This document shows, in pieces, positions 1 through 12,210 of a DNA stretch of 64,000 bases. Below the pieces are notes generated by a model. The model searched no databases. It saw only the letters and a program-made list of their open reading frames with translations, and was not told the DNA's origin. Numbering within the stretch: position 1 is the stretch's first letter; every line of letters starts with the position of its first letter. The translations under genes and the position numbers were made by a program. The DNA comes from Octopus vulgaris (taxonomy: Eukaryota), in the NCBI GenBank assembly GCA_951406725.2, contig OX597818.1, positions 133,362,001 through 133,426,000 on the forward strand. The letters run 5' to 3'.

Positions 1-1168
1 GAAGAAACATAAGTTGTGGGTTGTCTTATATGTCCGTTGATTCATCAAGAGTTAAGCTTAATGCAAGAAGAATTTTTGAAATCATTTGGCATTTTGCCTG
101 CAACATCAGCACTGATCTGAGAGATGCACTTCTCTGAAGTGTGGCATGAAACTGGTGTTTGTGCTATTAGTTGCTGGAGTCTTGTGTTATTTGGATCTAA
201 CACTGCAACAACTTCAGCCCTTATTCTTCTTAACAAATTCACCCTCAGAATATGGGCATTTAGCACGAGTAATATTCCATGACATAACAAAACTGGCATC
301 AGTCATTGCATCAACTCCATTACTGAATGCTGTCAACAGAGTCCGCTGGCTATTTAGTGATGATTTTAACACAGTTAACCTGTTTTACCTTGATTCTGAT
401 TTAGGTGGATAATCACATGAGAAGTTTTTGTGATTTGTTTCATAATTGTGTTTCATGTTACTGGCTTTGTAATGACTGAGTGACACATGGCAGATAAGGC
501 ACAAAGGTTTACCTCCTTTAACGGTGAGTGCAACATCTTCCTCCCACTCTGGCTAAAAGTTTCTGCTTTCATCTCCTTATTTTTGTTCTTACAATTTGAG
601 GAGGTTATCTTCCTTCACAAATTTTTCACAGACACTTTTAAACAAAACTTGTATTCAAAGTGTACGAACTAGGTCTGCACAGTTCAACGTCTTGTGTTAC
701 ACTGCATTAATGTACATGACATTGGTGCAGTTGGGTGTAGACTCATTAAGCCACCTGTGACCACTCTCACTCCACTGGTGCACCGAAACCTTTAATCCCC
801 TAACCCATGACCTCACTCTTCTGACATTCCTCTGTAATCCTTGCTGACCAAAAAATTCTTTAATCCCCCTGCCTCCACCCATTCCTTCCCTCAGCACTAA
901 AGAACAATGCCTCACTTTGATCTAGCATTAAAATTAGGATTTAAATTCTTAAATATTTTTACTAACCATGTCAATTAAACTTACATTTTAATCCAGTAGG
1001 CTTTCAATTCATACCCAGTAAATAATTATAAAAATTGAAATTTTTCTTATTTGCTTTTTATATTAACTGTGATAAAAAAAAGAAGCTCAGCCAACATATT
1101 TCCACAAGTCCCATATCAAAGGTCAAAGAGCCGTATGTGGCTTGCAAGCCATGGCTTGGCCACCCCTG
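1..1168 (-). mobile_element. Degenerate hAT (Charlie/SPIN/GTF2IRD2-like) DNA transposon, left end plus N-terminal transposase pseudogene; continues beyond window start
   Basis: Minus strand ~610->1 translates, with stops and frameshifts, to KPLCLICHVSLSHYKASNMKHNYETNH (zinc finger), ASFVMSWNITRAKCPYSEGEF and SLTLDESTDI (first catalytic D motif). The end reads CAGGGGTGGCCAA...GCCACATACGGCTCTTT from 1168, flanked by ATCTAGAG (1169-1176), the NTCTAGAN target typical of Charlie-type hATs. Confidence 0.85.
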
Positions 1169-1261
1169 ATCTAGAGTAAGTTAATTTGAAGGTGACTATA
1201 TCCATTTTCAATCTATACATGCAAGTAAAGCTAAAAAAAGCTTTCCTACCTAATGAAAATT

Positions 1262-1482
1262 TTAACCCTTTAGCATTCAGATTGCATTATTGAATGTAAT
1301 GCTTATTTATTCACATTGTTTTGAATTAATCATGCATTATTTCATGTGACACTGTGACAGTTTTTTGGGTTTTTTTAATAGCCTTGCAGGATAGGTGTGA
1401 GAGGCTGGATCCAGCTGGTTTCAAAATACAATGGGTAGAATATTTTGGCCAGATATTGCCAGTTTAAATGCTAAAGATTTAA
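1262..1482. mobile_element. piggyBac-like MITE (~220 bp)
   Basis: TTAA-CCCTTTAGCATT ... AATGCTAAAGAT-TTAA terminal inverted repeats with TTAA flanks; homologous copies at 3359-3588, 12211-12678 and 49736-49963. Confidence 0.75.
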
Positions 1483-1543
1483 TCAAAACTACAGTCCTAG
1501 ATATAAATGGGATGCAATATCAGTAACAGTTTATGATCTGCTA

Positions 1544-1904
1544 GTGGAGGCACAATGGCCCAGTGGTTAGGGCAGCGGACTCGCGGTCATAGGAACGCGG
1601 TTTTGATTCCCAGACCGGGCGTTGTGAGTGTTTATTGAGCGAAAACACCAAAAGCTCCACGAGGCTCCGGCTCTTTCACCACAACTTTCTCTCACTCTTA
1701 CTTCCTGTTTCTGTTGTACCTGTATTTCAAAGGGCTGGCCTTGTCCTTCTCTGTGTCACGCTGGATATCCCTGAGAACTACGTTAAGGGTACATGTGTCT
1801 GTGGAGTGCTCAGCCACTTACATGTTAATTTCACGAGCAGGCTGTTCCGTTGATTCGGATCAACCAGAACCCTCATCGTCGTAACCGACGGAGTGCTTCC
1901 ATCC
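1544..1904 (+). mobile_element. tRNA-derived SINE family A, full length
   Basis: tRNA-like head (TGGCCCAGTGGTTAGG ... GATTCCC, A/B-box-like); 11-bp target-site duplication ATGATCTGCTA at 1533-1543 and 1905-1915; homologous copy at 34570-34952 (-). Confidence 0.85.
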
Positions 1905-2806
1905 ATGATCTGCTAACCTCTTAAATGGTTGTTTCTTACTTTATGGGTTTCATTATTTATACTCTCAAAGATGGAATGCTAACTTATAACTGCTAAGTTG
2001 GGAAACTAACAACTTATTCTATCAGTAATTATGATCATATTCAACCATGTAAATAAAATATAATGCAAATAGCATCTAAGCACAAGCTGAAGCTCCTGTA
2101 TTATCATAATGACAAATCTTTGACAAAGAAAAATTTCAAAAGAAATATGGGAAAAATCAGATAACTCTTTCAACAAATAAACAAATTATTCCCACAGCAA
2201 AACAATAGAACAATGAACGATGCACAAAAATAAATACATTCACTTAGTGACAACAATTAGATGGGTTTTTTCATTAGGCTTTCATACAATCCTGTTTCTA
2301 TTCAATGATATTGTTTAGTTGCTACAGCAGTTCTTTGTCAACATATATAGTAATACATTTTTGCCAAATAAGACTCTAGCATATAAAAACCATTAAAACT
2401 TATCAATAAACTATTGATAAGTTAAGAGAATATCTGATAAACAGGTGAACTATCAATCTTCAATTAAAATTATTATCTAGTTATTCATCAAATTTGCCCA
2501 ATAGATAGTTTTAAGTTAACATAACAAAGCCTATAAAAGAATAGATTAAAAGAAAATAATTCCTTGATTAAAAGCTATATATTGTTAGAATATTTTAAGC
2601 CCCCTCAATGACTAACGCTTATATTTTGTGTTCTTTTTACTTGTGTTCTATTCCTATCGTAAGCATGAAGGGGAAACAAAGCATAAATATGCTGTCATTC
2701 TATCTGAGAGCAAGGGTCTGCCTAAGGAAGATACAAATGATATGCATGGAATATAATATCCAAATATCATTCAGGTGTAATATTACACTTTTCAAGCAGA
2801 ATTCAT

Positions 2807-2831
2807 TCAAAACGGATGTGTAAGAGGATGA
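2807..2831 (-). CDS. Candidate terminal coding exon of an unidentified minus-strand host gene (...IHPLTHPF*)
   Basis: Acceptor ttcttatggtttttccgcag, 80 nt after the donor at 2911; in frame with the upstream candidate exons and ends in TGA at 2809-2807. Confidence 0.25.
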
Positions 2832-2911
2832 CTGCGGAAAAACCATAAGAAGAATAACATCAAAGATCTCCAATCAGAGTATACAGAGATGTCAATAAGA
2901 ACACAACATAC

Positions 2912-2948
2912 ATAGGATCAAAATCAAAACGACATGCCACTATGACAT
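2912..2948 (-). CDS. Candidate 37-nt exon (DVIVACRFDFDP)
   Basis: Acceptor gtttttgttttcactgccag, donor |gtatgt; open in phase 1->2, complementing the 47-nt candidate (47+37=84). Confidence 0.35.
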
Positions 2949-3358
2949 CTGGCAGTGAAAACAAAAACAAAAAAACATGATTGAAACAAAGGTAAATTCA
3001 AAAAGGTACTACATATGGTGTTACCTGAGAGTTAATCTATAATATCAGTGAAGGTTTCTATACACTATTGCTATCTGCAAGAATGCACACCCGGAAAGCT
3101 TCTGGGACCAGCTGAGTTTAATTACCTATTTCTCTTCATTTATTATCTAATTAAATTGAGTCATTTATTTTATACTACATATTCAACTTATGAACTCTAT
3201 CAAGCTACAGTGCAATGTATGTACCACATGAATGACAACAAAAATATTCCTTTTTATCCTAGTCTATAACAGAAACAAGTTTAAATATCTCTAAAAAAAT
3301 TTGACAATATTTTGTCTTCTGGAAACGTATAACGGTCATTAACAGGTTAAAATCATGT

Positions 3359-3588
3359 TTAACCCTTTAGTGTTCGAATTATTCTGCCAAAATGAATGCT
3401 TCTTCATCCTCATTGTTTTGAATTAATCATGCATTATCTTGTAGCTATGAGATTTTGAAGAAGTAACTGTTAATTTTTAAAATGATATTGTAGGGTTGGT
3501 GTGAGAGACCAGATCTGGCCAGTTTGAACATAAAACAGGCAGAATACTTTTGGCCGGATATGGCCAGTTTAAATGCTAAAGGGTTTAA
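3359..3588. mobile_element. piggyBac-like MITE
   Basis: TTAACCCTTTAG ... AATGCTAAAGGGTTTAA; same family as 1262-1482. Confidence 0.75.
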
Positions 3589-4094
3589 ATAAAGGTTATG
3601 TAATGTAGACACTATTAAAATGTAGCAGTTAAAACTCATTCTAGAAAAGCACATGAAATTCACTCTAATGAATCTGAAACACTTTTACAGTCTAAATGAT
3701 TCCACTACAATAAATGAAATAATTAACTTGCCCTGAGTTTTAATAGTAATCAATTGAAATAACATTGTTTCTAAATAAATTAGGACTATTTAATCTTAAA
3801 TTGTTTCTATTAAAACATTACTGTCTTCTCTGCATAAGAAGTTCCAGGTTCATTTGATGCAGTACATTTGGGGAGAGTTTCTAACAATTTCATTATTACT
3901 AACATTGAAATATATAATACTCAGCAGAATCATAAAGGCCTCATAAATGCCTTGCAGTAAATTTTGTGGCAATTTATAATTTGAGTTCAAATCCTGTTGA
4001 GGTCAGCTTTGCTTAACATTTTTGTTAGTCATTGGAATGAAATATCATTTAAGTACTGGGGTTATGCCCTCTTCTTAAAATTTTTTGCATTGTA

Positions 4095-4510
4095 GGCGCA
4101 GGAGTGGCTGTGTGGTAAGTAGCTTGTCTACCAACCGCATGGTTCCGGGTTCAGTCCCACTGCGTGGCACCTTGGGTAAGTGTCTTCTACTATAGCCTCG
4201 GGCCGACCAAAGCCTTGTGAGTGGATTTGGTAGACGGAAACTGAAAGAAGCCCGTCGTATATATGTACATATATATATATATATATATGCGTGTGCGTGT
4301 TTGTATGTCTGTGTTTGTCCCCTAGCATTGCTTGACAACCAATGCTGGTGTGTTTATGTCCCCGTCACTTAGCGGTTCGGCAAAAGAGACCGACAGAATA
4401 AGTACTGGGCTTACAAAAGAATAAGTCTCGGGGTCGAGTTGCTCAATTAAAGGCGGTGCTCCAGCATGGCCGCAGTCAAATGACTGAAACAAGTAAAAGA
4501 GTAAAAGAGA
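4095..4510 (+). mobile_element. tRNA-derived SINE family B (CORE-like, possibly octopus OR2-type), full length
   Basis: Head GGCGCAGGAGTGGCTGTGTGGTAAG...GGTTCAGTCCC, CORE-like CCTTGGGTAAGTG, internal (TA)/(TG) tract, tail GAAACAAGTAAAAGAGTAAAAGAG; more than 12 copies in the window. The family name is from recall only. Confidence 0.85.
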
Positions 4511-4677
4511 GAGAGTACCTAAATCAGAAATGATTACTATTCATCCTTTCAGTGTCAATGAAGAGAGTACCATTCAAGTACTGGGGTTGATTCAACTTAC
4601 TAATCTCCTCTTTAACATATTTATGACCTTGTGTCTATATTAGGAACTATTACTATTATTTTGAAAGGCAGCATTAA

Positions 4678-5095
4678 GGCAGTGAACTGGCAGAATCATT
4701 AGCATGCCTGGAAAAACGCTTTAAGTCCGGAGTTCAAATTTTACTGACATCAACTTTGCCTTTCATCCTTTCGGGGTCAATAAAATAAGTACCAGTTGAA
4801 CACTGGGGTCGACATACTCCTCCCCTGATATTGCTGGCCTTGTACCAAAATTTGAAATCATTATTTTGAAAGGTAGTAAGCTGTCAGAATTGTTAGAGCT
4901 TCAGAAAAAGTACTTTGCAGCATTTATTCCAGCTCTTTTTTTCCAAGTTCAAACCTTGCCAAAGTTAACTTTGCCTTTTATTGTTCCGGGACTGATGAAA
5001 TAAAGTGCAAGTCAAGTGCTGGGGGTGATAGTATTGATGGATCCCCTCTCCTCAAAATTGCTGGTCTTGTGCCTAAGTTAGAAAGAATTCTTATT
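4678..5095 (+). mobile_element. Two head-to-tail old SINE family C copies
   Basis: GGCAGTGAACTGGCAGAATC...GAGTTCAAAT...CTTTGCCTTTCATCCTTTCGGGGTC...GGCCTTGT pattern twice, diverged. Confidence 0.7.
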
Positions 5096-5202
5096 TAAAT
5101 GTGGTGAGAGTTAAAATACTGCAAACCTGCTCACAAGCTTCATGTGTCTGAGCACACTCATAGTATAAAGGAGATACAGAGAAAATAATTTTGAGATACA
5201 CT

Positions 5203-5614
5203 CTTACTCTTTAGTCTCTGTCTTTTACTTGTTTCAGTCATTTGACTGCAGCCATGCTGGAGCACCGCTTTTAATCGAGCAACTCGACCCCGGGACTTAT
5301 TCTTTGTAAGCCCAGTACTTATTCTATCAGATCTTTTGCCGAACAACTAAGTGACGGGGACGTAAACACACCAGCATCGGTTGTCAAGCAATGCTAGGGG
5401 GGACAAACTCAGACACACAAACACACACATACATATACATATACATATATATGACAGGCTTCTTTCAGTTTCCGTCTACCAAATCCACTCACAAGGCATT
5501 GGTCGACCCGGGGCTATAGCAGAAGACACTTGCCCAAGATGCCACGCAGTGGAACTGAACCCGGAACCATGTGGTTGGTTAGCAAGCTACTTACCACACA
5601 GCCACTCCTGCGCC
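5203..5614 (-). mobile_element. SINE family B, full length
   Basis: Reverse complement of the 4095-4510 element. Confidence 0.85.
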
Positions 5615-6505
5615 TATTAGACACTTTTGTTAAACAAAAAAACATTTTAGCCAAAAGGAAGGCTTATATAACTTAGCTTGTGTTTTCCGATACAAATTCT
5701 GTAAGCAACCAAATTTGCAGTGATTTTTATAGACATTTTACTCCAATATAAAATGTGAATATTTATGGGTGGTTTTTTTCTCAGACAACTTTGTCCAATG
5801 GTAATCATAAACTCCCATGAGACACTGCAACAAAATCATTAAATTGCAAGAATACTACTACTAGCACTTTTATTTTCCCAAAAGAAGGTAACTTTTATTT
5901 ATTTAATATTTCTGTAAAGCAAATTAAGAGAATGGCTTTAAAATATTCATATGAGTATAATCAGCAAACATGTTGAATATGTAGAGCATTCATCAGCTGA
6001 ATCAGAGTGCTTCTACAAACTGATTGATTAGTTCAAGCCAAAAAATATTTGATAAGTCAACAGATAAAACAAAAACGTGGGATACCACCAGTTAGGAAAT
6101 TTTTAGGGTTTTTATTTTTCAAAAATTTGAAATGATACAAAAAGGTTATGATAAAAGATGGTGTGTCTGTACTGTTAAGCAAAACATTTGACTCACCAAA
6201 ATAATATTTCAATAGATGACCACAACGCCCTTACTGTTATTAGTATAACACTTTTATTATTAAAAATGCTTTTTTAAAGATAAATGTTATAAAGATATCA
6301 GATAAAATACCTTGTAGTAATTTTTCTGGCATTTTATTTCTGAGTTCAAATCCTGTCAAGATTAACTTTGCCTAACATTTTTTCCCAAATTTATTAAAAT
6401 GAAGTGCCAGTCAAATAGTGGATGAGGACAACTATGAACAGAGTCAATAGATATTGCACACATATACCTATATATACATATGTTACTATTCACATAGCTT
6501 ACATA

Positions 6506-6706
6506 TGAGGGAATGCTGAAAAGTTCCTGGTTTTGAGTGAGGATCAGTTAATTATGATTTTATTTAACATATTCATTTCTCAGAGTCACACACTTATTGC
6601 AGCAGTCCTTCAACCATTCTAAGCCCTGTAAAATAATTCAGAAGTTTGGGTTTCCAGCCAGACCTTCACAATACCCTTAAAGCCAGGAACTTTCCAGTAC
6701 CCCCAG
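6506..6706. mobile_element. Tc1/mariner-type MITE
   Basis: TA-TGAGGGAATGCTGAAAAGTTCCTGGTTTT ... AAAGCCAGGAACTTTCCAGTACCCCCAG-TA: imperfect ~28-bp terminal inverted repeats with TA flanks. Confidence 0.65.
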
Positions 6707-7621
6707 TATAAGGCAGCAATTTGGCAAAGTTGTTAGAACATTGGATAGAATATGAAGCAGACTATTTGTTCTAATTCTCTGTATTATGAATTCAAATCCC
6801 ACCAAAGTCAGCTTTGCTTTTTATCTTTTCCAGGCTGATAAAAAATAATCACTCCAGGGCAACAGACTGATACTACTATTAAAATGTTGGATGGGTCAAT
6901 GCCTCATGTTATCTTTTCTGGTGCTTGGCAATGACAGTAACTCACTGTGATAACACTAACACCAGGCTGTATACAGGTCCTAAGATAGTGGCTTTCCGTG
7001 GAACAACTTTGGTTGGCATGGAGAGTGGAGACAGGAGTAGAATGATGCCTGAGAAACTTGAAGTCTTCCACAAAATCTTTGCCCAGGCCTGCTAAAGCAT
7101 ATTCAGATAACATGGTCAACCCTGACTGACATAAGCATTAGAACACTCATTCACACATATATAAACTGATTTAAGAGCCTCCTATCCTCTTCAAGCTAAT
7201 CAGGGGTCTCTCTGCAGTTGATCACCTTGATAGAAATATCACCTAAATCAAACCTTATCTTCTCAAAAATGGAGGGCATTTTGGACAAAGTAGATATATA
7301 TTTTTTTACTAAAGATGTTATGGCTAGATCACTATGATTATATATCTGCTTGCTCAAGAATAATCTGTTTATTAATGCTCACAACATTCAAAATTTTTAA
7401 ATATAGTTTAGTAAGACAAGTAAGAATGCAAACACAATTTCATCATATTGTTACAAGATTTCTGATTGAGCATACGTATTTAACTGCAGTATATCATTTT
7501 ATTGACATTGAAAGAAATAATGGCTAAGTCAACTTGAAATCAGAATATTAAATGACAAAATTACCAATTCTGTCACTCAACTTCCCTTAATAACAATAAT
7601 AATGATTATAATAATAACAAT

Positions 7622-8155
7622 AGTGGCTCTCATGGCTTCTGATCTTAATTGATTGGAAGTGTTATCATGTACATTGTTTTGTCTTGGTATAAAACATGGG
7701 CTACAGCAAATATTCTGCTTAATACCACAGATTTGATTGTCAGTTGCTTGACCTTAACCAGTTGAGCATGTCCCTTAGGGGCTGACGATATGTACATCTC
7801 TGATCACGAGCAGAAGTGGGGGAGCATCATAGCCATGTGTTGAGAGGGATTCTTTGGGGTTTGAATAATTCACCTCTGGAAACATGGATGTTTCGTTCAA
7901 CATCCTTAAACAACCCTTATTCAGGGACCTTTTGAACGGGATGGGTTACTCGATCAGAAGAAAATTCTAACTGGGCCCCACCTGCAAGGTCATGTGCTGT
8001 TGATATTGATATGAGATCACCATGTCGCGCACATATGGTTGTGATGCATGTGCCTCATGTACCCTTATCAGACGGCTAGTCATGATGCGTATACTGGGCT
8101 TCGTATATTTTACCCCCGTGTCACTTTGATGGCATGCACTGCTCTCTCACTCAAT
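7622..8155 (+). mobile_element. Unclassified ~550-bp interspersed repeat (family E) embedded in (AAT)n
   Basis: Highly similar inverted copy at 29845-30657; both are bounded by AAT/AAC-type microsatellite; no ORF. Confidence 0.75.
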
Positions 8156-8335
8156 AATAATAATAATAATAATAATAATGATAATTTCTTTTATTGACCA
8201 CACGAGCCCGAGACATGGAGGACAATATCGAAGGATGAATTACAGCATTAAAAAAAATTACAAAAACAAAAACATGTGGGGTTAACATCAATCAAGGGGA
8301 GATACTATTACTACTACTACTACTACTACTACTAC

Positions 8336-8400
<65 letters not shown>

Positions 8401-8436
8401 GTGACAACAATAATAATGATAACAATAATAATGATA
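8153..8436. repeat. (AAT)n / (TAC)n microsatellite region
   Basis: Direct reading: AAT runs at 8153-8184 and ~8336-8400, TAC run at ~8303-8336. Confidence 0.9.
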
Positions 8437-9065
8437 ATCCTTTTTAATATTGGGTACAAGGCCAGTAATTTCGAAGAGGAGGATAGTCAATAACATCAAT
8501 CCCAGAACTTGACTTGTACTTTATTAGCCCTGAATGGCAAAATTGACTTTAACAGGACTTGAACTCAGAATGTAAAGAGTCAAAGCAAATAGATGTTCTA
8601 GTGATTCTGCCAATTCATCACTCTAATAATAACAGTTTAGTATTTTGACACAAGGCCAGCAATTTCGGGGGAGGGTGTGAGTTGATTAGATCAACCCCAG
8701 TGCTTAACTGGTACTTATTTTATCAACCCCAAAAAGATAAAAGGCAAACTGGTACTTATTTTATCAACCCCAAAAAGATAAAAGGCAAAGGTGACTTCAG
8801 CAGAATTTGAACTCAGAATGCAAAAATATGAGATGCTGTTAAGTGCTTTTCTCATCATGCTGAAATTTCTACCAGCTTGCCACCTTAACAACTCTAATAA
8901 TAATCATTTCAAATATTAGCACAAGGCGAGCAATTTTAGGGGAAGTGATAAGTCAATTATATCGACTCCAGTGTTCAATTGATACTTATTTTATTGACCC
9001 CGCCCCATGAGCACAAGGAGAGAAATTTTGGTGAGAGTTTATTCAGTTAAATTATCCCCAATACC
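8437..9065 (-). mobile_element. Chain of old SINE family C remnants, one with an internal 41-bp tandem duplication
   Basis: Repeated CACAAGGCCAG...CCCCAG...GGTACTTATTTTATC...GAATTTGAACTCAGAA modules; AACTGGTACTTATTTTATCAACCCCAAAAAGATAAAAGGCA occurs at 8706 and 8747. Confidence 0.7.
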
Positions 9066-10185
9066 TGACTAAAAGAAAACATTTCTTCTTTAAAACCAAC
9101 AAAGTTCTGCAAAATTATGTCCATAACCTGTTCACCAAAAATACATGAAAATCGCACTTCCTGTCGACAACTATGTCAAGCAGGCATTTATATTAGTACT
9201 TTGGTGTGATAAAATAAATTATAAGAGATGGATTAACTAAACCTGAGAATATTAAATTAGGACCAGAACAACCCATAAAAATATTTAGGAGTCAATGAAT
9301 TTCATCAGATACAGCATAAATATAAAGGAGGAAATTAATAAAGAGAAGCAACATAATTTTAAACTTTTAACTCAATGCTAGAAATAAGATAATAATTATA
9401 AATACAGTAACAACTGCTGTTGTAAACCATATCTTCAATAAAGTAAATTGGCAGTTAAGTAAATGAAAGAGCTTAAGCACACAGGAAACACACTCAAAAA
9501 GTATTAATTAAGGCTTCTTAATTTCCTTCTAACTTTTTATATTGAACCTTTCTTGTGTGTTTTCTTTTAATGGTTTATGAATGTTTATGTTTTAAATGTA
9601 AGAGATTCAGTCTGAAAAAACAGTTGCTATTATTATTAATTTTCTTTTTAATTTAAAAAAAGAAAATTAATCAGAAATTGATTAGGGTTGGAAGATTTAA
9701 AGCTACAGTACTATTTTTTTGTATATAAATATTTTTCATTTGCATTTTCAGTATATAAATGTATTTTGTTTGCATTTCAAAGTATTAGTTGTTTCACTTT
9801 CTCAAACTTTAAAATGCTTTTGTTTCAATTTATTAAGGATGAAAATGTAATTTACAAATGCAAACAACATATATTTACACACTTCAAATGCAAACGAAAT
9901 ATATTATTTATATAAAAAAAAAAAATGTGTTCCAGCTCCAAACCCCCTAATCATAATCAATTTCTGATTAGAACTTTTTTAATCAATTTTTTTTTAATTA
10001 AAAAACTCTTTTGCAGATTCTGAATCGTGATGTTCAAAACAAATATCTGAAGACCACTTTAAAAAGCAGCATCATAAAACAGTTAGAGGGTGAATGTTAA
10101 AAAAAATCTACATTAAACAAAATATGTGTCTTACTAAAAGTTTTTCTAAAGCAACCACTGCAAAGCTGATACAGATAGAATTTAC

Positions 10186-10232
10186 CTGCCCCTTGCACAG
10201 GGGAGACAGAGCTTGATACAATTAGAGAACTA
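10186..10232 (-). CDS. Candidate 47-nt exon (SSLIVSSSVSPVQGA)
   Basis: Branch-like cactaat, long pyrimidine tract, acceptor ttgttattttacag, donor cag|gtaaat; only one frame is open (phase 2->1). Confidence 0.45.
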
Positions 10233-10646
10233 CTGTAAAATAACAACAGTGGAATAGAAAAATATTAAGGAAAAGAAAATTAATTAGTGTAATAAAGAAA
10301 TATGCCAAAGTAAAGAAATTCTCTCACTCTCTCTCTTTCTCCCCCCTCTCTCTAACTTTACTAATATAAATGATAAACAAACGAAAAAAATAGTAAAACT
10401 TAAAATCAAAATAACAGAATCAAAAAAATATACTAAAGGAAAAATATAGAAAACTTCCTCTAAAACCTTGGCTAATATTTCATATGACTGTAAATTATAT
10501 TATCAGCAAAATTAAACAATTGGTACGTTATTTCCAAATGCCCAGCCCTTACTAAATCTGAGTATAGTTATGGATTTGAGTCAGCAGCTGTATCCATGGG
10601 ACAATACTATGCTGATACTAGGATGTGAAAATAGATAAAATATACC

Positions 10647-10876
10647 TATTTCTTTACTACCCACAAGGGGCTAAACATAGAGGGGACAAACAAGGACGGA
10701 CAAAGGTGTTAAGTCGATTACATCGACCCCAGTGCATAACTGGTACATAATTTATCGACCCCGAGAGGATGAAAGGCAAAGTCGACCTCGGCGGAATTTG
10801 AACTCAGAAAGTAACAGCAGACGAAATACCGCTAAGCATTTCGCCCGGCGTGCTAATGATTCTGCCAGCTCGCCGC
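10647..10876 (-). mobile_element. SINE family C, young full-length copy
   Basis: Head GCGGCGAGCTGGCAGAATC, B-box GAGTTCAAATTCC, body CTTTCATCCTCTCGGGGTCGATAAAT, tail GTAAAGAAATAGGTA; TSD ATAGATAAAATATACC at 10631-10646 and 10883-10898. Confidence 0.85.
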
Positions 10877-10899
10877 TGGGATATAGATAAAATATACCA

Positions 10900-11240
10900 A
10901 ATTAGAATACATTGCAATGACTAGGTCACAATTAACTGGAAGGAGCTGATCCACAGTAAAAAGAAAATCAAAGCAGACTGTTCAGATATGATTCTCAAGG
11001 AATGGAATGAACTGTGGTCTGGAAGGAAATGGAGAATCTGTGAAGGTACAAGGATCTTGAAAGTGAAATAAGCTGAATGTGGAGCATAAAAGTGAAAACA
11101 GTACGTATCATCACTGGAACTCTAGATATGATGGAAACATGCAGGAATAAAAATTTTCACAACTCTATACATGCCCATCCCCCACAAAAAAAAGCCTTGC
11201 TAGACACAGCTGACAACCTCCACAAGTCACTTTCAGTTAA
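10900..11240 (+). pseudogene. Highly decayed Dong/R4-clade LINE C-terminal (restriction-like endonuclease) fragment
   Basis: Translates to RYKDLESEIS*MWSIKVKTVRIITGTLDM ... KKALLDTADNLHKSLS, homologous to the better preserved copy at 36975-37532. Confidence 0.6.
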
Positions 11241-11499
11241 ACAATAGACTCTTTCTGTCTTTCTTTCTTTCTCTCTCTCTCTCTTTCTCTTTCTCTTCAC
11301 ACAACACAAACCCTATTCAATTAGCATCCCAAAAAGTTACACAACACATACCTTATTTAACCACCACCCAACAAAATAATCCTTTTTATAATCCAAGACT
11401 TCAAATTTCGAAGGAGGGAGTTAGTCGATTACATCCACTTCAATGTTCAAATGGTACATATTTTATTGACCCCAAAAACATGAAAGGCAGAGAAGAAAT

Positions 11500-11518
11500 A
11501 AAAAATAAAATAATAATG

Positions 11519-11569
<51 letters not shown>

Positions 11570-11626
11570 TAATATTAATAATAATAATAATAATGATGAT
11601 AATAATAATAATAATAATAATAATAA

Positions 11627-11658
<32 letters not shown>

Positions 11659-11676
11659 TAATAATAATAATAATAA

Positions 11677-11712
<36 letters not shown>
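11500..11712. repeat. (AAT)n microsatellite, ~210 bp
   Basis: Direct reading. Confidence 0.95.
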
Positions 11713-11713
<1 letters not shown>

Positions 11714-11714
11714 C

Positions 11715-12150
11715 TTTCTACTACAGGCACAAGGGGCCTGAAATTTGGGAGAGGGGCTACTCGACTATGTTGACCCCAGTGTTTTAATGGTACTTAATTT
11801 ATCGACCCTGAAAGGATGAAAGGCAAAGTCAACCTTGGCTGAATTTGAACTTAGAACACAAAGACAGATGAAATGCCACTAAAAATTTTGCCCAGGGTGC
11901 CAACGAGCCCAGCCAGCTCGCCACCTTAATAATGATAATAATAATAATAATGGTTTCTAATTTAGACACAAGGCCATTAATTTTGAGAGAAGATAGGTTA
12001 GTCGACATTACCAACCCTAAAACTTGACTGGTACTTTATTGATCTTGGAAAGACAAATGAGAAACTGAACCTTGGCAGGATTTGAACTCAGAAGATGAAA
12101 TGCTGGAACAAGTACTGCAGATCTCAATTGCTCTAATGATATTATTAATT
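11715..12150 (-). mobile_element. Two old SINE family C copies separated by (AAT)n
   Basis: Family C body motifs with the alternative 3' module (CACAAGG...GAAATTT on +). Confidence 0.7.
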
Positions 12151-12210
12151 TACAACCAAACTAAACTTCACAATAATAACAAAAAAAAATGACATGCTTC
12201 GTACCAAATT

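Noticed and set aside
1544-1620. tRNA gene
   Set aside because: tRNA-like head of a SINE with TSD; no complete acceptor stem.
4075-4338. Recurrent ORFs MSSNARG.../MLGDKH..., also at 5381, 27769, 56644, 57055, 61738
   Set aside because: Antisense readings of SINE B copies, not a gene family.
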